DNA from: Leptogorgia sarmentosa
Lineage: Eukaryota
Length of the DNA: 64,000 nucleotides
Reading direction: 5' to 3'
NCBI GenBank assembly: GCA_964658305.1
Contig: OZ210885.1
Span: forward strand, 19,468,001 to 19,532,000
This document shows, piece after piece, positions 62,968-64,000 of the stretch (positions are counted from its first letter, which is position 1; each line of letters starts with the position of its first letter). Both the position numbers and the translations under genes were made by a program. The notes under the pieces were generated by a model, which saw only the letters and a program-made list of their open reading frames with translations, had not been told where the DNA came from and did no database searches.

Positions 62968-63643
62968 AAACTAAAAAACCGCCCATAGTTGACGTCCATC
63001 CCACGGGGTAACCTCAACGCAGTTATGACGCCAGCCTCCCTAACCATACCACAGGGACTCCAATAATAGTCGATGGACTTTGACTGGGTGCATGGGAGGA
63101 CGCGCACCAAGACCCAAACTTATCACGTGCGCTAGCACACGTATAGATGGCACCTTTATCTTTCCCCAGTCACACACTAAATGTATACTCGCCCGCATTT
63201 AACTACATCACAGCAGTCATTATGAGGGAATGTGGTACATATCATATTACTGCGCATGCTTAGGTATTGAATAATTGTTTACATTTTTAAAAGGTAAAAA
63301 CCTTTTCTGAGTTGGACCACGGATTAGTAAGATGTCTAATCTGTGGCTGAACTGACCTGAAGTCAATGATATCACTGTTTTGACGTTGTCGTTGTCGACA
63401 AAATTCAGACGTTGGAGTTGTCTGCTATTTTATATGCAACACGCATGCGCCCACATTTACCATCACTGTAATATCAATGTGAAGTAACTGAACTTGTATC
63501 AATGGTTAAAACTACTACAGCCATTTTGTCAGTGCCATAATAGTTTTAACAAGCTCACAATCTACTGCATGTACCAGCGAAATATCTTAATTGACGTCGC
63601 GGCGCACGAAATTATGATTCGTGTCGAGACTGACATTCGATAT
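62968..63643. repeat. Putative non-coding interspersed element within the EnSpm 3' region
   Basis: Abrupt GC rise after the transposase polyA signal; TTGACGTC near both ends; hairpin CACGAA..TTCGTG; boundaries uncertain. Confidence 0.3.
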
Positions 63644-63654
63644 AACAACTTCTA

Positions 63655-63946
63655 CGTTCTTGGCAAAATCTTGAAAAACCATGACAAGGTTTTGATATAC
63701 CTTGACAAGATCTTGTCAAGGGTACTTCAATATCATGGCCTGATCTTGAGAATTTCTTCGCAAGATCTTGAGAGACCTTGGCAAGATTTTGTACGATCAC
63801 GACAAGATCTTGCCAAGGATATGACAGGATCATAACGCAATCTTAGACTGTTCTTGGCAAGATCTTGAGAGACCTTGGCAGGATTTTGAAAGATCATGAC
63901 AAGATCTTGTTAAAGTTGCTTCAAGATCATGCTTCAAGATCATGAT
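63655..63946. repeat. Right subterminal CAAGATCTTG array of the EnSpm element
   Basis: Same motif family as 47235-47835. Confidence 0.85.
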
Positions 63947-64000
63947 TGTGATGAACGGACTCATGGTGTTCGACAATAACAAGTTCAGTAAAACGGTGTT

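Larger units (their letters stand above)
47227..63946 (+). mobile_element. EnSpm/CACTA-superfamily DNA transposon; right terminus not seen in the window
   Basis: CCCAG left terminus; CAAGATCTTG-type subterminal arrays at both ends; EnSpm-type transposase exons. Confidence 0.85.

Noticed and set aside
63947..64000. Possible new LTR starting TGTGATG
   Set aside because: Only 54 bp visible; cannot be supported without the next window

Overview
AT-rich, intron-containing eukaryotic DNA from an invertebrate metazoan. The mix of element families suggests a cnidarian, but that is inference. No host gene is recognisable: the window is almost entirely a stack of nested transposable elements. From left to right: decayed BEL gag and Crypton fragments; a near-complete Penelope-like element in (TA)n; a MULE/SWIM remnant with Ulp1-like and PHD-like exons; a Gypsy scrap; a Tc1/mariner-type MITE; and a PHD/vertnin-like-OTU/MULE element cut by a 3'-truncated Gypsy (Mag-like) element that itself holds a Kolobok remnant. 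Next come a full-length hAT whose transposase is spliced in frame to an OTU-like protease domain, and a Helitron PIF1 helicase split by three insertions. These are (i) a full BEL element carrying an intact hAT plus a templated partial copy of that hAT, (ii) a full Academ element, and (iii) another BEL element. That last BEL is interrupted by a ~17-kb EnSpm/CACTA element with an intact, divergent 8-exon BEN-domain gene and a young full-length BEL in one transposase intron. The most notable observations are the OTU-hAT fusion and recurrent Ub/SUMO-protease-like cargo, the intact BEN gene paired with 11-bp-periodic palindromic subterminal arrays, and the templated insertions. All family and domain calls come from motifs read by eye; no database searches were run.
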